64,000 nucleotides of DNA, taken from the NCBI RefSeq assembly GCF_003018235.1, contig NZ_CP027437.1; one strand, 5' to 3'. This document shows, in pieces, positions 24,669 to 33,203 of the stretch. Source of the stretch: Escherichia coli. GTDB taxonomy: Bacteria > Pseudomonadota > Gammaproteobacteria > Enterobacterales > Enterobacteriaceae. The notes below the pieces were generated by a model that was not told the origin of the DNA, ran no database searches, and worked only from the letters and a program-made list of their open reading frames with translations. Every line of letters starts with the position of its first letter. Position 1 is the first letter of the stretch. The position numbers were made by a program, and so were the translations under genes.

Positions 24669-25127
24669 ATGCAGGAAACTATTGCAGAGGGGGGGATATT
24701 CAACGCTGGTGGGGATGACACGCAGTTACAGGAAAAGGAAGTCAGAAATAAATTATCACTGAGACTTGATGGACCTGTAGCGGATTTAGTTTTTCTGGAT
24801 AAAGGAGCAGCATACGTTGGGCTGACCAGGAAAGCGCTTGCAACAGCTTTACGTAGAGGCGAAATGCCTGGACATAAGAAAAGAAAAAATCCTGAAGATG
24901 AAACATCGCGTGGAGTGTGGATTTTTAACGTCAAGGCATGGAATGAACTTGCTGATATTTTGCCTGAAATTGAGCCACCAGAATGGCATCACTGGAAAGA
25001 TTACTGGTTATACAACCGAAACACTCGGAAATTTCAAAAGATTGATAAACAAGATTGTACACAGATTAATGGTAAACGTGTTTACAGGCCGCGTCAGAGC
25101 AGACTGGAAAAAGCACGTCAGTCATGA
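24669..25127 (+). CDS. Hypothetical DNA-binding protein in cox/apl position (possible excisionase or lytic-switch regulator)
   Basis: GGAGG SD 9 nt upstream; segment LVFLDKGAAYVGLTRKALATALRRGEMP resembles excisionase/AlpA-type HTH; divergent from repressor. Confidence 0.35.
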   Translation: MQETIAEGGIFNAGGDDTQLQEKEVRNKLSLRLDGPVADLVFLDKGAAYVGLTRKALATALRRGEMPGHKKRKNPEDETSRGVWIFNVKAWNELADILPEIEPPEWHHWKDYWLYNRNTRKFQKIDKQDCTQINGKRVYRPRQSRLEKARQS

Positions 25128-25299
25128 AACGGTATTTATTAGTAAGCAACAAGAAAGTGAATTAAACTCATCGGCAATAACTCGTTATTAAATTGTCATA
25201 CTGTCTGAAACTATTTCCTTCTATTACTGATGTGTGAGGCACGGAAAGGGAATTCCGTTTTTTTAGTGGTGCGATGAGAAAATAACAGAGGTGTCAGAA

Positions 25300-25485
25300 A
25301 TGGAAAAAGAAAAACTGAGACATTTTCGTAAAGAATTAAAAGCTTCTCAGCGTGTAATGACTTTGGCTATTAAGCGATTAGAGGAAGGACGTTATAAGTC
25401 TGCAGTGGAACTCATGCGTGCAGAAGCAGCGGATATATTTAAACTGGCAGATGAATTAAGTGATGTAACAGAACAACAATCCTGA
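25300..25485 (+). CDS. Hypothetical small protein (61 aa)
   Basis: ATG with AGAGGTG SD; helical MEKEKLRHFRKELKASQRVMTLAIKRLEEG... Confidence 0.3.
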   Translation: MEKEKLRHFRKELKASQRVMTLAIKRLEEGRYKSAVELMRAEAADIFKLADELSDVTEQQS

Positions 25486-26281
25486 ACACAGGAAAGTTAT
25501 GGGCTTGTGTGATTCAGAAAGTGTGAGGTTACGTGCAAAATGGCCAGACATGTAAAAAAGAACTTGAATGCAGTGTCGGCATGGTGGTATTTTTCATCTG
25601 CTGCCACAGTGCTGGCAGTCGGGAATACCACCCCGTATGTGTCAACGGCGACATCAGACGCCGCAAGCGTCTTTTTTGTTGTCGTAACCTTATACGCCAT
25701 GAAGCTCCATTTTATGGTGCGGTGTTATCCATTAAGAGCCGTTGCAAGCGCCTCTACCGGAAGGGGCTGGATAACATCCACCACCATGTCAATGGTAGCT
25801 CAGGCGGGGCCGACTTCGGTCGGGCCGGTTTCCGTTGGCACCGGTAGTGGTATCCCCGTCTGGGCTATCGCCAGTGAGCATACCACCTCCTGCGATAGCA
25901 GTATGTTATGTCAACGGAGGCTGCCTGAATGGCTACAATCCCAACCCAAAAGCGCCCAAAATCCGCGCTCCCCCAGCTCAGCAGTGACTGTCGTCGCCGG
26001 ATACACCGTGTGCAGATGGTTACGCTCCATTATTACATTCAGTGTCTCGCTGATAATCCGTGTTCAGTTGATTTTTGTTTTCCGTACTTATTGTCTTACA
26101 TCCACGATGATATTAAGGCTATAGATAATGAGTTAATTTCTCTTGGCCTGTTTGAACAGGCGATGGGAAAGAAAAAACGACGATAGTTTTCATCGTTATT
26201 AATTAACGTTGTCAGGAAGTATTAAACACACCGCTCACGCGGCGGGAATCTTACATCTTAAATATCTGACGAGGTGGAAAC

Positions 26282-26437
26282 ATGAAGCTGTTTTCATTAC
26301 GTAAAAATAAAAAAACGGAAAAAAAGAAACGCACTTATCCGGCAAATAATAACGTCCGTCTGTTACGTTATTACCAGAAATTACAGGAATTAAGTTGTGA
26401 ACCGGATAAAAAGTTCAGCCTGGATGTGTGGATGTAA
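26282..26437 (+). CDS. Hypothetical small basic protein (51 aa)
   Basis: Strong SD GAGGTGG 6 nt upstream; immediately precedes the exonuclease gene; preceded by the conserved 19-nt motif at 26228-26246. Confidence 0.3.
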   Translation: MKLFSLRKNKKTEKKKRTYPANNNVRLLRYYQKLQELSCEPDKKFSLDVWM

Positions 26438-26448
26438 TGGGGGAATAA

Positions 26449-27024
26449 ATGAACGATCTGATGATTGATACTGAAACAACAGGAACATCCCATCATTCAG
26501 GGATTATTTCCTTTGCCGCAGCATTTTTTAATCCAGATACCGGAGATAAAGGTGACCACATTTATCTTCGCCTGGACTGGGTGAGTGCGACACGTAATGG
26601 CGCAGTGATTGATCCGGAGACATTCTGTTTCTGGTTAGAGCAATCGACAGAAGTAAGAATGGAAGCCGTCAGGAAAGACGAAAGTATTTCTGAACGTGAC
26701 GCCACATATGCGCTGATTAATTTTATTGAGCAGCGTGCTGATATCAGACGGGTGCGTGTCTGGGCGAAGTCACCCACGTTTGACTGCTCACTTCTTCGTG
26801 ACATGTGTGATCGGAGTATTGGGTCAAATACCAGCGTAGAAATGTTGTGGCCGTTCTGGAATGAGAGAGATGTCAGGACTGTTGAAGGGCTTGCCGCGCA
26901 TCTTGGCATTCCGTTGCCTTACTCCAGAAAGGAAGTCACTCATCATGCTCTTAATGACGTTATGGGGCAGATAAAAAATGTGGCTACCGTATTTGCAGCA
27001 CTGCGTGGCGTGATGGAGGTGTGA
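26449..27024 (+). CDS. DEDDh-type 3'-5' exonuclease (DnaQ-like)
   Basis: Exo I motif MIDTETTGT at N-terminus; later acidic/His residues (HHALNDV) consistent with Exo III. Confidence 0.65.
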   Translation: MNDLMIDTETTGTSHHSGIISFAAAFFNPDTGDKGDHIYLRLDWVSATRNGAVIDPETFCFWLEQSTEVRMEAVRKDESISERDATYALINFIEQRADIRRVRVWAKSPTFDCSLLRDMCDRSIGSNTSVEMLWPFWNERDVRTVEGLAAHLGIPLPYSRKEVTHHALNDVMGQIKNVATVFAALRGVMEV

Positions 27025-27025
27025 T

Positions 27026-27244
27026 GTGAATAAAGCACAACGTAATGCTGCAGCGGCAGCGAATCGTCACAGGGTCTCGCCGGAACAGGTGCTCATCTGG
27101 TGTGAGCAACTGAAACGCATTGTGGACACAGCAAACCAGAATACGCGGCACAACGAAAAGAGCAGGGCGCTTGAGCCGATTATTGCGTGGATTGAGCAGC
27201 AGAAGAAACAGGCAATGGAAGAAATCAGAAAACGGGGTGAATGA
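27026..27244 (+). CDS. Hypothetical protein (72 aa)
   Basis: GTG start with GGAGGTG SD overlapping exonuclease stop; translationally coupled to the next gene (ATGA overlap). Confidence 0.4.
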   Translation: MNKAQRNAAAAANRHRVSPEQVLIWCEQLKRIVDTANQNTRHNEKSRALEPIIAWIEQQKKQAMEEIRKRGE

Positions 27245-29283
27245 AAATGGCAGAAGAAAAGAATCAGGAATATGCATATGTATTTCCGGTAAAAAACGAA
27301 GCCGCCAGAAAACGCCTGGGTTTTGCGCATGGCTTTTACTGGAAGAGTGATTGCTCACAGGCGAGAGTGTTGCTTCGGGCGAATGTTGCCATGCTGGATG
27401 CGGGTTTTGAACCGGAGGATTTCAAAAAGCCTGTACGTGTTAATTTCCCGGTGGTGAACGAACTCCCAGCGGAAGGTGTTTTTGATACGGAATTTTGCCA
27501 CCTGTATGTACCGGGCGGTGAAGACGGCAAGACGATGGTGTATATCGACGCTGTAAAACAGGAGGCAGACAAGGAAAAAAACAACGTAGCCAGTAACACC
27601 AACGTCAACGGCGAAGATATGACTGAGATTGAGGAGAGCATGCTTCTGCCGATTTCCGCTCAGGAGTTGCCAGTTCGCTGGCTGGCGCAACACGGGAAGG
27701 AGAACCCCGTTACTCACGTTTCCAGAGACGAACTTCAGGCTTTACATGTTGCACGGGCGGAAGAATTACCGGCAGTTACTGCACTGGCGGTTTCCCACAA
27801 AACAGGCCTGCTCGACCCGCTGGAGATCCGCGACCTTCACAAACTGGTGCGTGATACTGACAAAGTTTTCCCTCATCCTGGCAATTCAGACCTGGGGCTC
27901 TTGACTGCTTTTTTTGAAGCATACCTGAATGCTGACTACACCGATCGCGGTCTGCTGACAAAAGAATGGTGCAAAGGAAATCACATATCCCGCCTGGAAC
28001 GTAAAAAAATACAACCAGAGAGCGCAGAACCGCTACGTGCAACCAGGGAAAGACCGCGGCGTAGTGAAAAACCAACCTTCAGAACGATTAATTATGAAAT
28101 CGCCTGTGCTTTATGCCCGGGTGCGGACTGTCATGATTTACGTCCGGTGGTGAATTCAGCGAAGAAACTGATGGCTGACGGGGATGAAAGATGGCGGGCA
28201 TGGTCGACATCTCTTGGCATTACTGAAGGGATTAAAAACTGGGACAGAAAAACGATTTTTGACATGGTCAGTCAGGCTCCGTCACATGTCACAACGGGGT
28301 CAGCAGAGGCGCGCAGGGAGTGGATTGAAAACTTTCTGATTGCACGTGGTGTGCGTGATCCGGAGTGGGCTGAGCCGCTTGTATGCGTTTCCGTACCGGA
28401 ACATGAAGATAATCTGGAAAGAGTTCGCGGTGCAGGAAAACGTCTGCGGAAGCTTGAGAATAGTGATTGCACATTTCAGGCAGACAACGGTTCTGGGGAG
28501 GCTGAGGTGGTTGAAGCGGACGAAAGCAAAGCAACGTCATCTGCTGAAATTCAGGATGCCGATAAATTACTGGCCGCTTACCGTGGTGAATATGTTGAAG
28601 GGATTAGCGACCCGAATGATCCGAAGTGGGTGAAGGGGATCCAGAGACGCGATGATGAGGACCAGGATCAGGCTGAAGCGGAACAAGACGACCAACACGT
28701 GGAACGGAACAGCCCAGATGCGAGACAAAACGAGCCTGATACGGAACAGAATGAGCAAGGAGCACTGCAGGGACCGGAAAAAGTCTGCGACACCTGCGGA
28801 CAGGACGGAGGTGGAAAATGTCCGGATTGCGGTTCTGTCATGGGGGATAGCACATACAGTGCCGTTTATGGCGGGGATCGAGAGGAGTCAGCGTATGTGG
28901 CAGAGCATGGTGCTTTGAATAATCAGAGCAAAGTTACAGTTGGCGAGGTCATGGAGATCATGAAAGCGGTTAAGCCAGCCGTTCATGTTGATGCTGAAGG
29001 GGAAACGGAAGAGATAAACGGTGATCAACTATCACTGCAGACTGAAAATAAGGATGACCGGTCATCACGGAAAGCGTCAGAAGATGTGCCCATGTTTATC
29101 AGTGAGACCGTTCTCCATAAGGAGGATGGTGAGGCAAATATGAATATCTGTGAGTTGGTGAACATGTTGCATCAGCAACAGGAAATGCTGAAAGAAATCC
29201 GCTCAACTCAGGCCCGCTTTATGGGCGCGATTGTAGCCATGCTTTCGGTTATTTCAGGGGGAGAGCAGGTAGGACATGAGTAA
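27241..29283 (+). CDS. Hypothetical 680-aa protein with acidic tract and CxxC-x9-CxxC zinc ribbon
   Basis: Long ORF with balanced composition; CDTCGQDGGGKCPDCGS motif; D/E/Q-rich segment; no NTPase motif seen. Confidence 0.6.
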   Translation: MKMAEEKNQEYAYVFPVKNEAARKRLGFAHGFYWKSDCSQARVLLRANVAMLDAGFEPEDFKKPVRVNFPVVNELPAEGVFDTEFCHLYVPGGEDGKTMVYIDAVKQEADKEKNNVASNTNVNGEDMTEIEESMLLPISAQELPVRWLAQHGKENPVTHVSRDELQALHVARAEELPAVTALAVSHKTGLLDPLEIRDLHKLVRDTDKVFPHPGNSDLGLLTAFFEAYLNADYTDRGLLTKEWCKGNHISRLERKKIQPESAEPLRATRERPRRSEKPTFRTINYEIACALCPGADCHDLRPVVNSAKKLMADGDERWRAWSTSLGITEGIKNWDRKTIFDMVSQAPSHVTTGSAEARREWIENFLIARGVRDPEWAEPLVCVSVPEHEDNLERVRGAGKRLRKLENSDCTFQADNGSGEAEVVEADESKATSSAEIQDADKLLAAYRGEYVEGISDPNDPKWVKGIQRRDDEDQDQAEAEQDDQHVERNSPDARQNEPDTEQNEQGALQGPEKVCDTCGQDGGGKCPDCGSVMGDSTYSAVYGGDREESAYVAEHGALNNQSKVTVGEVMEIMKAVKPAVHVDAEGETEEINGDQLSLQTENKDDRSSRKASEDVPMFISETVLHKEDGEANMNICELVNMLHQQQEMLKEIRSTQARFMGAIVAMLSVISGGEQVGHE

Positions 29284-29497
29284 GTTAAGTGATGAAGCGT
29301 GTGATGTTTTTGAATGTCTGCTGGCATCAGAACGGAATACAGCACGGGGTGTGGCAAAAGAGTTACAGATATCTCCGGCAACTGCGGTTGAAATACTGAA
29401 ACGGCTGGAGGAAGAAGGGCTGGTAACACAACTGAATGGCTTCTGGTCTGTGCAGGAAAAGAAAAGCAACGGGAGTAAAAATGGAAAACATAGTTGA
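29276..29497 (+). CDS. Small winged-helix-like protein (paralog 1)
   Basis: TARGVAKELQISPATAVEILKRLEEEGLV pattern shared with 29481, 30300 and 37514 ORFs. Confidence 0.5.
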   Translation: MSKLSDEACDVFECLLASERNTARGVAKELQISPATAVEILKRLEEEGLVTQLNGFWSVQEKKSNGSKNGKHS

Positions 29498-30284
29498 TGC
29501 CCTGAAAGCGATGGGTAAAGCCACGTCAGTGGAACTGGCTGCGCGTCTCCAGATCAGCCGTGAGGAAGTACTGAATGAACTCTGGGAATTGCGGCGCAGT
29601 GGTGTTGTGGATCAAAACTTACAGGTCTGGACACTGGCCAGCGATGGTGCGCAACGGGAACAAAAAACGCCTGCTGCGGTGTATCAGCGTGATAACAAGG
29701 AGGAGCGTAAATTACGTGAGGTCGTCAGTCGCCAGGAGCGAGCGCCACTGAATCGCAGTGATATTCTGTCCGCGTTTGCTCATTGTGAGGAAATGACCAC
29801 CGCGGAGATAGCAACAGCAGTGGGGCGCGCTGATAGTGTCAGGTCGTTGGTTTCCGCAATGGAAAAACTTTGTCGTACTGGTCTGGTAATCAAAATGGGG
29901 CAGGGTAAGGGGTGTAAGTGGAAACTGGTAAAAAAATCCGGTGAAAATTTACCAACAGTGCCAGAAACAGAGCCGGTAGCGCTGTCCGGTGGTAAATCTG
30001 AGTCTGCCGCTGTGGTGGTCGATTTGCCACAGCAGAAAACGCAGACCAAAACCAAACAAGAGACTGTGACGGACATTGTGCAGTCGCTGCCATCGTTTAC
30101 CGCAACGCGGTATGATGACCTGATTTTACCATCGCTGCATATGGCAAACCGCGAACTGCGTCGGGCGAAAAGTCATGTCCAGAAGTGGGAGCGAGTCTGC
30201 GCCGCGCTGCGGGAGCTGAACAAGCACCGGGATATTGTTCGACAGATTACTGATTCTTCCCGCCGGGTTGCATCGGAAAAGTGA
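29481..30284 (+). CDS. Tandem winged-helix-like protein (paralogs 2a/2b)
   Basis: Two internal copies of the same ~50-aa pattern (ATSVELAARLQISREEVLNELWELRRSGVV and MTTAEIATAVGRADSVRSLVSAMEKLCRTGLV); GGGAG SD. Confidence 0.5.
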   Translation: MENIVDALKAMGKATSVELAARLQISREEVLNELWELRRSGVVDQNLQVWTLASDGAQREQKTPAAVYQRDNKEERKLREVVSRQERAPLNRSDILSAFAHCEEMTTAEIATAVGRADSVRSLVSAMEKLCRTGLVIKMGQGKGCKWKLVKKSGENLPTVPETEPVALSGGKSESAAVVVDLPQQKTQTKTKQETVTDIVQSLPSFTATRYDDLILPSLHMANRELRRAKSHVQKWERVCAALRELNKHRDIVRQITDSSRRVASEK

Positions 30285-30299
30285 TTGCCGGAGGCGCTT

Positions 30300-30722
30300 A
30301 TGGCAAAAGTATTTACACAAGAAGAGCGGGAAAAAATTAAAGGGCAGGTTGTTGAGCTAGTACGCCGGAGTGGGCGCGAGACGTTACGGCAACTGGAAGC
30401 CAAGACAGGTGTGACAAGATATCTGATGAGCGTTCTCGCCAGAGAGCTGGTTGCCAGTGGCGATGTATACAACTCTGGTTACGGGTTATTCCCCTCTGAA
30501 CAGGCTCGTAAGGACTGGCAAAACGCCCGTAAAAAACTATCTAGGGCAAAGGTAAAAAAAACGGTTGTGGTTGATCCTGACCTTATCTGGTCATTACCTG
30601 ATGGAGAAATACGCCGCTACGACAGGAGCCTGAATATAATCTGTCGCGAGTGCCGGAAGAGCGAAGCTATGCAGCGTGTACCGGCTTTCTATCAGGGCAA
30701 TTTTCAGGAGGCGGTACTGTGA
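30300..30722 (+). CDS. Winged-helix-like protein (paralog 3)
   Basis: VVELVRRSGRETLRQLEAKTGVTRYLMSVLARELVASGDV; GGAGG SD. Confidence 0.5.
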   Translation: MAKVFTQEEREKIKGQVVELVRRSGRETLRQLEAKTGVTRYLMSVLARELVASGDVYNSGYGLFPSEQARKDWQNARKKLSRAKVKKTVVVDPDLIWSLPDGEIRRYDRSLNIICRECRKSEAMQRVPAFYQGNFQEAVL

Positions 30723-30779
30723 GTGAAATTAGCTATCAGGCTTCAATTACCGCTGGCATTCGCATCAAAGGAGAGGAGC

Positions 30780-31136
30780 ATGGAAATAAAACCAGAAGAT
30801 GAGTTAAGCAATATCGTTTTATTCCCGGTAAAAGAGGATGACCCTCGTAATCGGGTTAATTTTCTTTATGAGCCATCGGAAAGACCATATTGCCATCACG
30901 CTTCTGTCCGGGTTGACGAAAAAGAGCGTCAGGTCCGCTGTAAAATCTGCGGCGCAGTTGTGGAGCCATTTGACTGGATGCTCTCTGTGGCGAAAAGAGA
31001 AACCAGACTGGCAGATGATGTAAGGCTCTTGCGCCAGGAGGAACGGGAAAGGCGAAAAAATATAGAAAAGCTAATTCAGATTGAGCGTAACGCGAAAGCG
31101 CGGATACGCAGGGTGACAAAATACAGAACTGAATAA
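30780..31136 (+). CDS. Hypothetical protein with Cys/His cluster
   Basis: AGGAGAGGAG SD; YCHHASVRVDEKERQVRCKICG; basic C-terminus. Confidence 0.45.
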   Translation: MEIKPEDELSNIVLFPVKEDDPRNRVNFLYEPSERPYCHHASVRVDEKERQVRCKICGAVVEPFDWMLSVAKRETRLADDVRLLRQEERERRKNIEKLIQIERNAKARIRRVTKYRTE

Positions 31137-31187
31137 TTAAATTCAGCACTGCAAATAAAAATTAAATCCTTAACTTGAGGTATATCT

Positions 31188-31400
31188 ATGTTAAATACAC
31201 AGAAAACAATTAACGCGGAAAAATATAACGAGTGGGTGAGAAAATTCTCTGAGCAGATTTTTAAAATTACTGGCGACGAGAATGTGGCAAAAAATGAATT
31301 AGAGCCGTGGACACCTGAAGGAACCGACCCAAATTATTGTTGGTGGGAGGTTGATCCGGTTGATGCTGCAAATGAAGCCATGAGTTACTACAACGATTAA
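31188..31400 (+). CDS. Hypothetical protein (70 aa)
   Basis: ORF with upstream GAGG; no recognisable motif. Confidence 0.35.
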   Translation: MLNTQKTINAEKYNEWVRKFSEQIFKITGDENVAKNELEPWTPEGTDPNYCWWEVDPVDAANEAMSYYND

Positions 31401-31435
31401 TGCCGGAAGACTACCCGAAAGAGAGGTAATGAAAA

Positions 31436-32065
31436 ATGGCTGAATTAACCAAAGAATGGCTAAAAAACATGATTACCGGAATTGAGTCGGTAATAGACGA
31501 TAAATCGTTTGTATGTGATGAAATAGTATTCAAAATAGGTGAGGTTAAAAACATACTTACCGCATTTAAAGTCGCGCTGGCATCGCTGGAAGCAGAGCCG
31601 GTGGCTGAGATTAGAGCGCACTACCCATTAGGGATTAACGGCGGTAAACAAAAGTTCGTCCAGGCCATTGGAGATCTTCCTGACTTTGGCGGACATCTGT
31701 ACGCCGCTCCGCCAGCGCCTGTAGTGCCGGATGAGGGGCGCGACAAGTTTGAAGCAATTATCAGGTTTCATGTCGGTGATGAAAACCATGAAACATTATT
31801 GCTGCGGGCCAACGAAGGGATGAATTACCGGGACCCAAATGTTGATTTTGCATGGATATTCTGGAAGTCCAGTCGTGAGCATCTGCTTCGGAATAATGAC
31901 GGCAGTCTGCCAGAATCGGGTCATCAGGTACGCGGATTAACACTGCTGGTTAAGCGACTGGCCAGTTCATTAAAAAGCGTCAATAAATCCAGCAAGCTGC
32001 CTGATAAGGCGCTGGAGTATCTGAAGCAGAACGGACTGATAAGCGTGGAGGATATTTTACGATGA
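31436..32065 (+). CDS. Hypothetical protein (209 aa)
   Basis: ORF with SD AGAGAGG; no recognisable motif. Confidence 0.45.
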   Translation: MAELTKEWLKNMITGIESVIDDKSFVCDEIVFKIGEVKNILTAFKVALASLEAEPVAEIRAHYPLGINGGKQKFVQAIGDLPDFGGHLYAAPPAPVVPDEGRDKFEAIIRFHVGDENHETLLLRANEGMNYRDPNVDFAWIFWKSSREHLLRNNDGSLPESGHQVRGLTLLVKRLASSLKSVNKSSKLPDKALEYLKQNGLISVEDILR

Positions 32066-32149
32066 CCTGGCCTGAAGCATTCACCACGGCAGGAATTGCG
32101 ATGGCGGTGGCACTGGTTGTGTATTCTATTTGTCGTTGGGGGTAAACAC

Positions 32150-32401
32150 ATGTTCTCTCTGATTCAGCGTGGTCAGCGGTATGTTGATGCAGCTGGTTAT
32201 CCTGTGGAGATTTGTTTTTGTTCTGCTGAGAAAGTGGTGTATCGCCGCCAGGACAATCAGACCCGTTCTGCAAGTATTGTTGACTTTAATCAGAATTTTG
32301 AACGTCTGGATTATCACGAATATATACGGATTAAATCAGATATGGAGCAGACAGAACATCTGCGGAAATTAAGACGATTACACAAAAGAGGTGGGGAATA
32401 A
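32150..32401 (+). CDS. Hypothetical protein (83 aa)
   Basis: Internal ATG with GGGGG SD; MFSLIQRGQRYVDAAGYPVEICF... Confidence 0.35.
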   Translation: MFSLIQRGQRYVDAAGYPVEICFCSAEKVVYRRQDNQTRSASIVDFNQNFERLDYHEYIRIKSDMEQTEHLRKLRRLHKRGGE

Positions 32402-32894
32402 CCACGGATAAAGAGAACTAAATTTCGTCAGAATTAACAGGAAATAACTGGAACGAAAAATACACCGCTTACGCGGCGGGGTTTCTGCAACCTTAAAACA
32501 GGGTAAGAGAAATGGCAGAGATGATGAACAATAAACTCTTCATAACCAGTCTCTTTAAGTTGACTGGCCGGGAGTAACGACCAGTGGCAATACAAAAAAA
32601 CCGCTTGCCAGCGTTTGTCTGGTCGGGTTACATTTCCCGTGCACCTCATAAAACGGGTGCCGGGATTCTCAACCCGCAGAAGAACAGAGCGCATAACCGC
32701 GCCAGCGGTTTTTTTATGCGTGCCGTATCGTCACACCTTTTTCGCACACGAATTATGGCGGGGCGTACGGGGCCGACTTCGGTCGGGCCGGATCCTCTGT
32801 TCTCCGGTGTTGAGAACCCCGTACGTCTCGCCACCCCGAGATTCTCAACTCTGGATGGTGAGTTATGTCTATCACTGAACAGAGGTTACCCCTT

Positions 32895-33125
32895 ATGGCA
32901 AACCGTAAACAACAGCGCGCCCGCACTGAGCGTCGTCACATCCAGACCGAAATCAACCGCAGACTGTACCGGGCTATCACTGTCGCCAGAGTCATGTACT
33001 TCAATATGCTGTGTGATCAGGGATGCCAGATTGCACCTGATTACATTGCCTCCACGTTCAGTTACCTGGCAGACGATCTGCGGGATATGCAACGCCTGGT
33101 TAACGATCAGGCGCATAACCTGTAA
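32895..33125 (+). CDS. Hypothetical small basic protein immediately upstream of repA
   Basis: MANRKQQRARTERRHIQTEINRRLY...; alternative start at 32865. Confidence 0.35.
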   Translation: MANRKQQRARTERRHIQTEINRRLYRAITVARVMYFNMLCDQGCQIAPDYIASTFSYLADDLRDMQRLVNDQAHNL

Positions 33126-33203
33126 CGCACTTTTTCCTGAAATCATGAAACGGCACTCCGCTATCTGGCGGGGTGTCTGGCTGCCCGTTATCCGGGAGGA
33201 CAT

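Noticed and set aside
24669-25127. Calling this ORF a definite Cox/excisionase
   Set aside because: At 153 aa it is larger than P2 Cox and only a short segment looks excisionase-like; position supports the idea, sequence does not prove it, so it is left as hypothetical.
25540-26124. 194-aa plus-strand ORF in the early region
   Set aside because: No SD, strongly biased Ser/Ala/Thr/Val composition, overlaps another ORF in a different frame and contains the repeated hairpin; more likely non-coding. Kept as an RNA-locus hypothesis.
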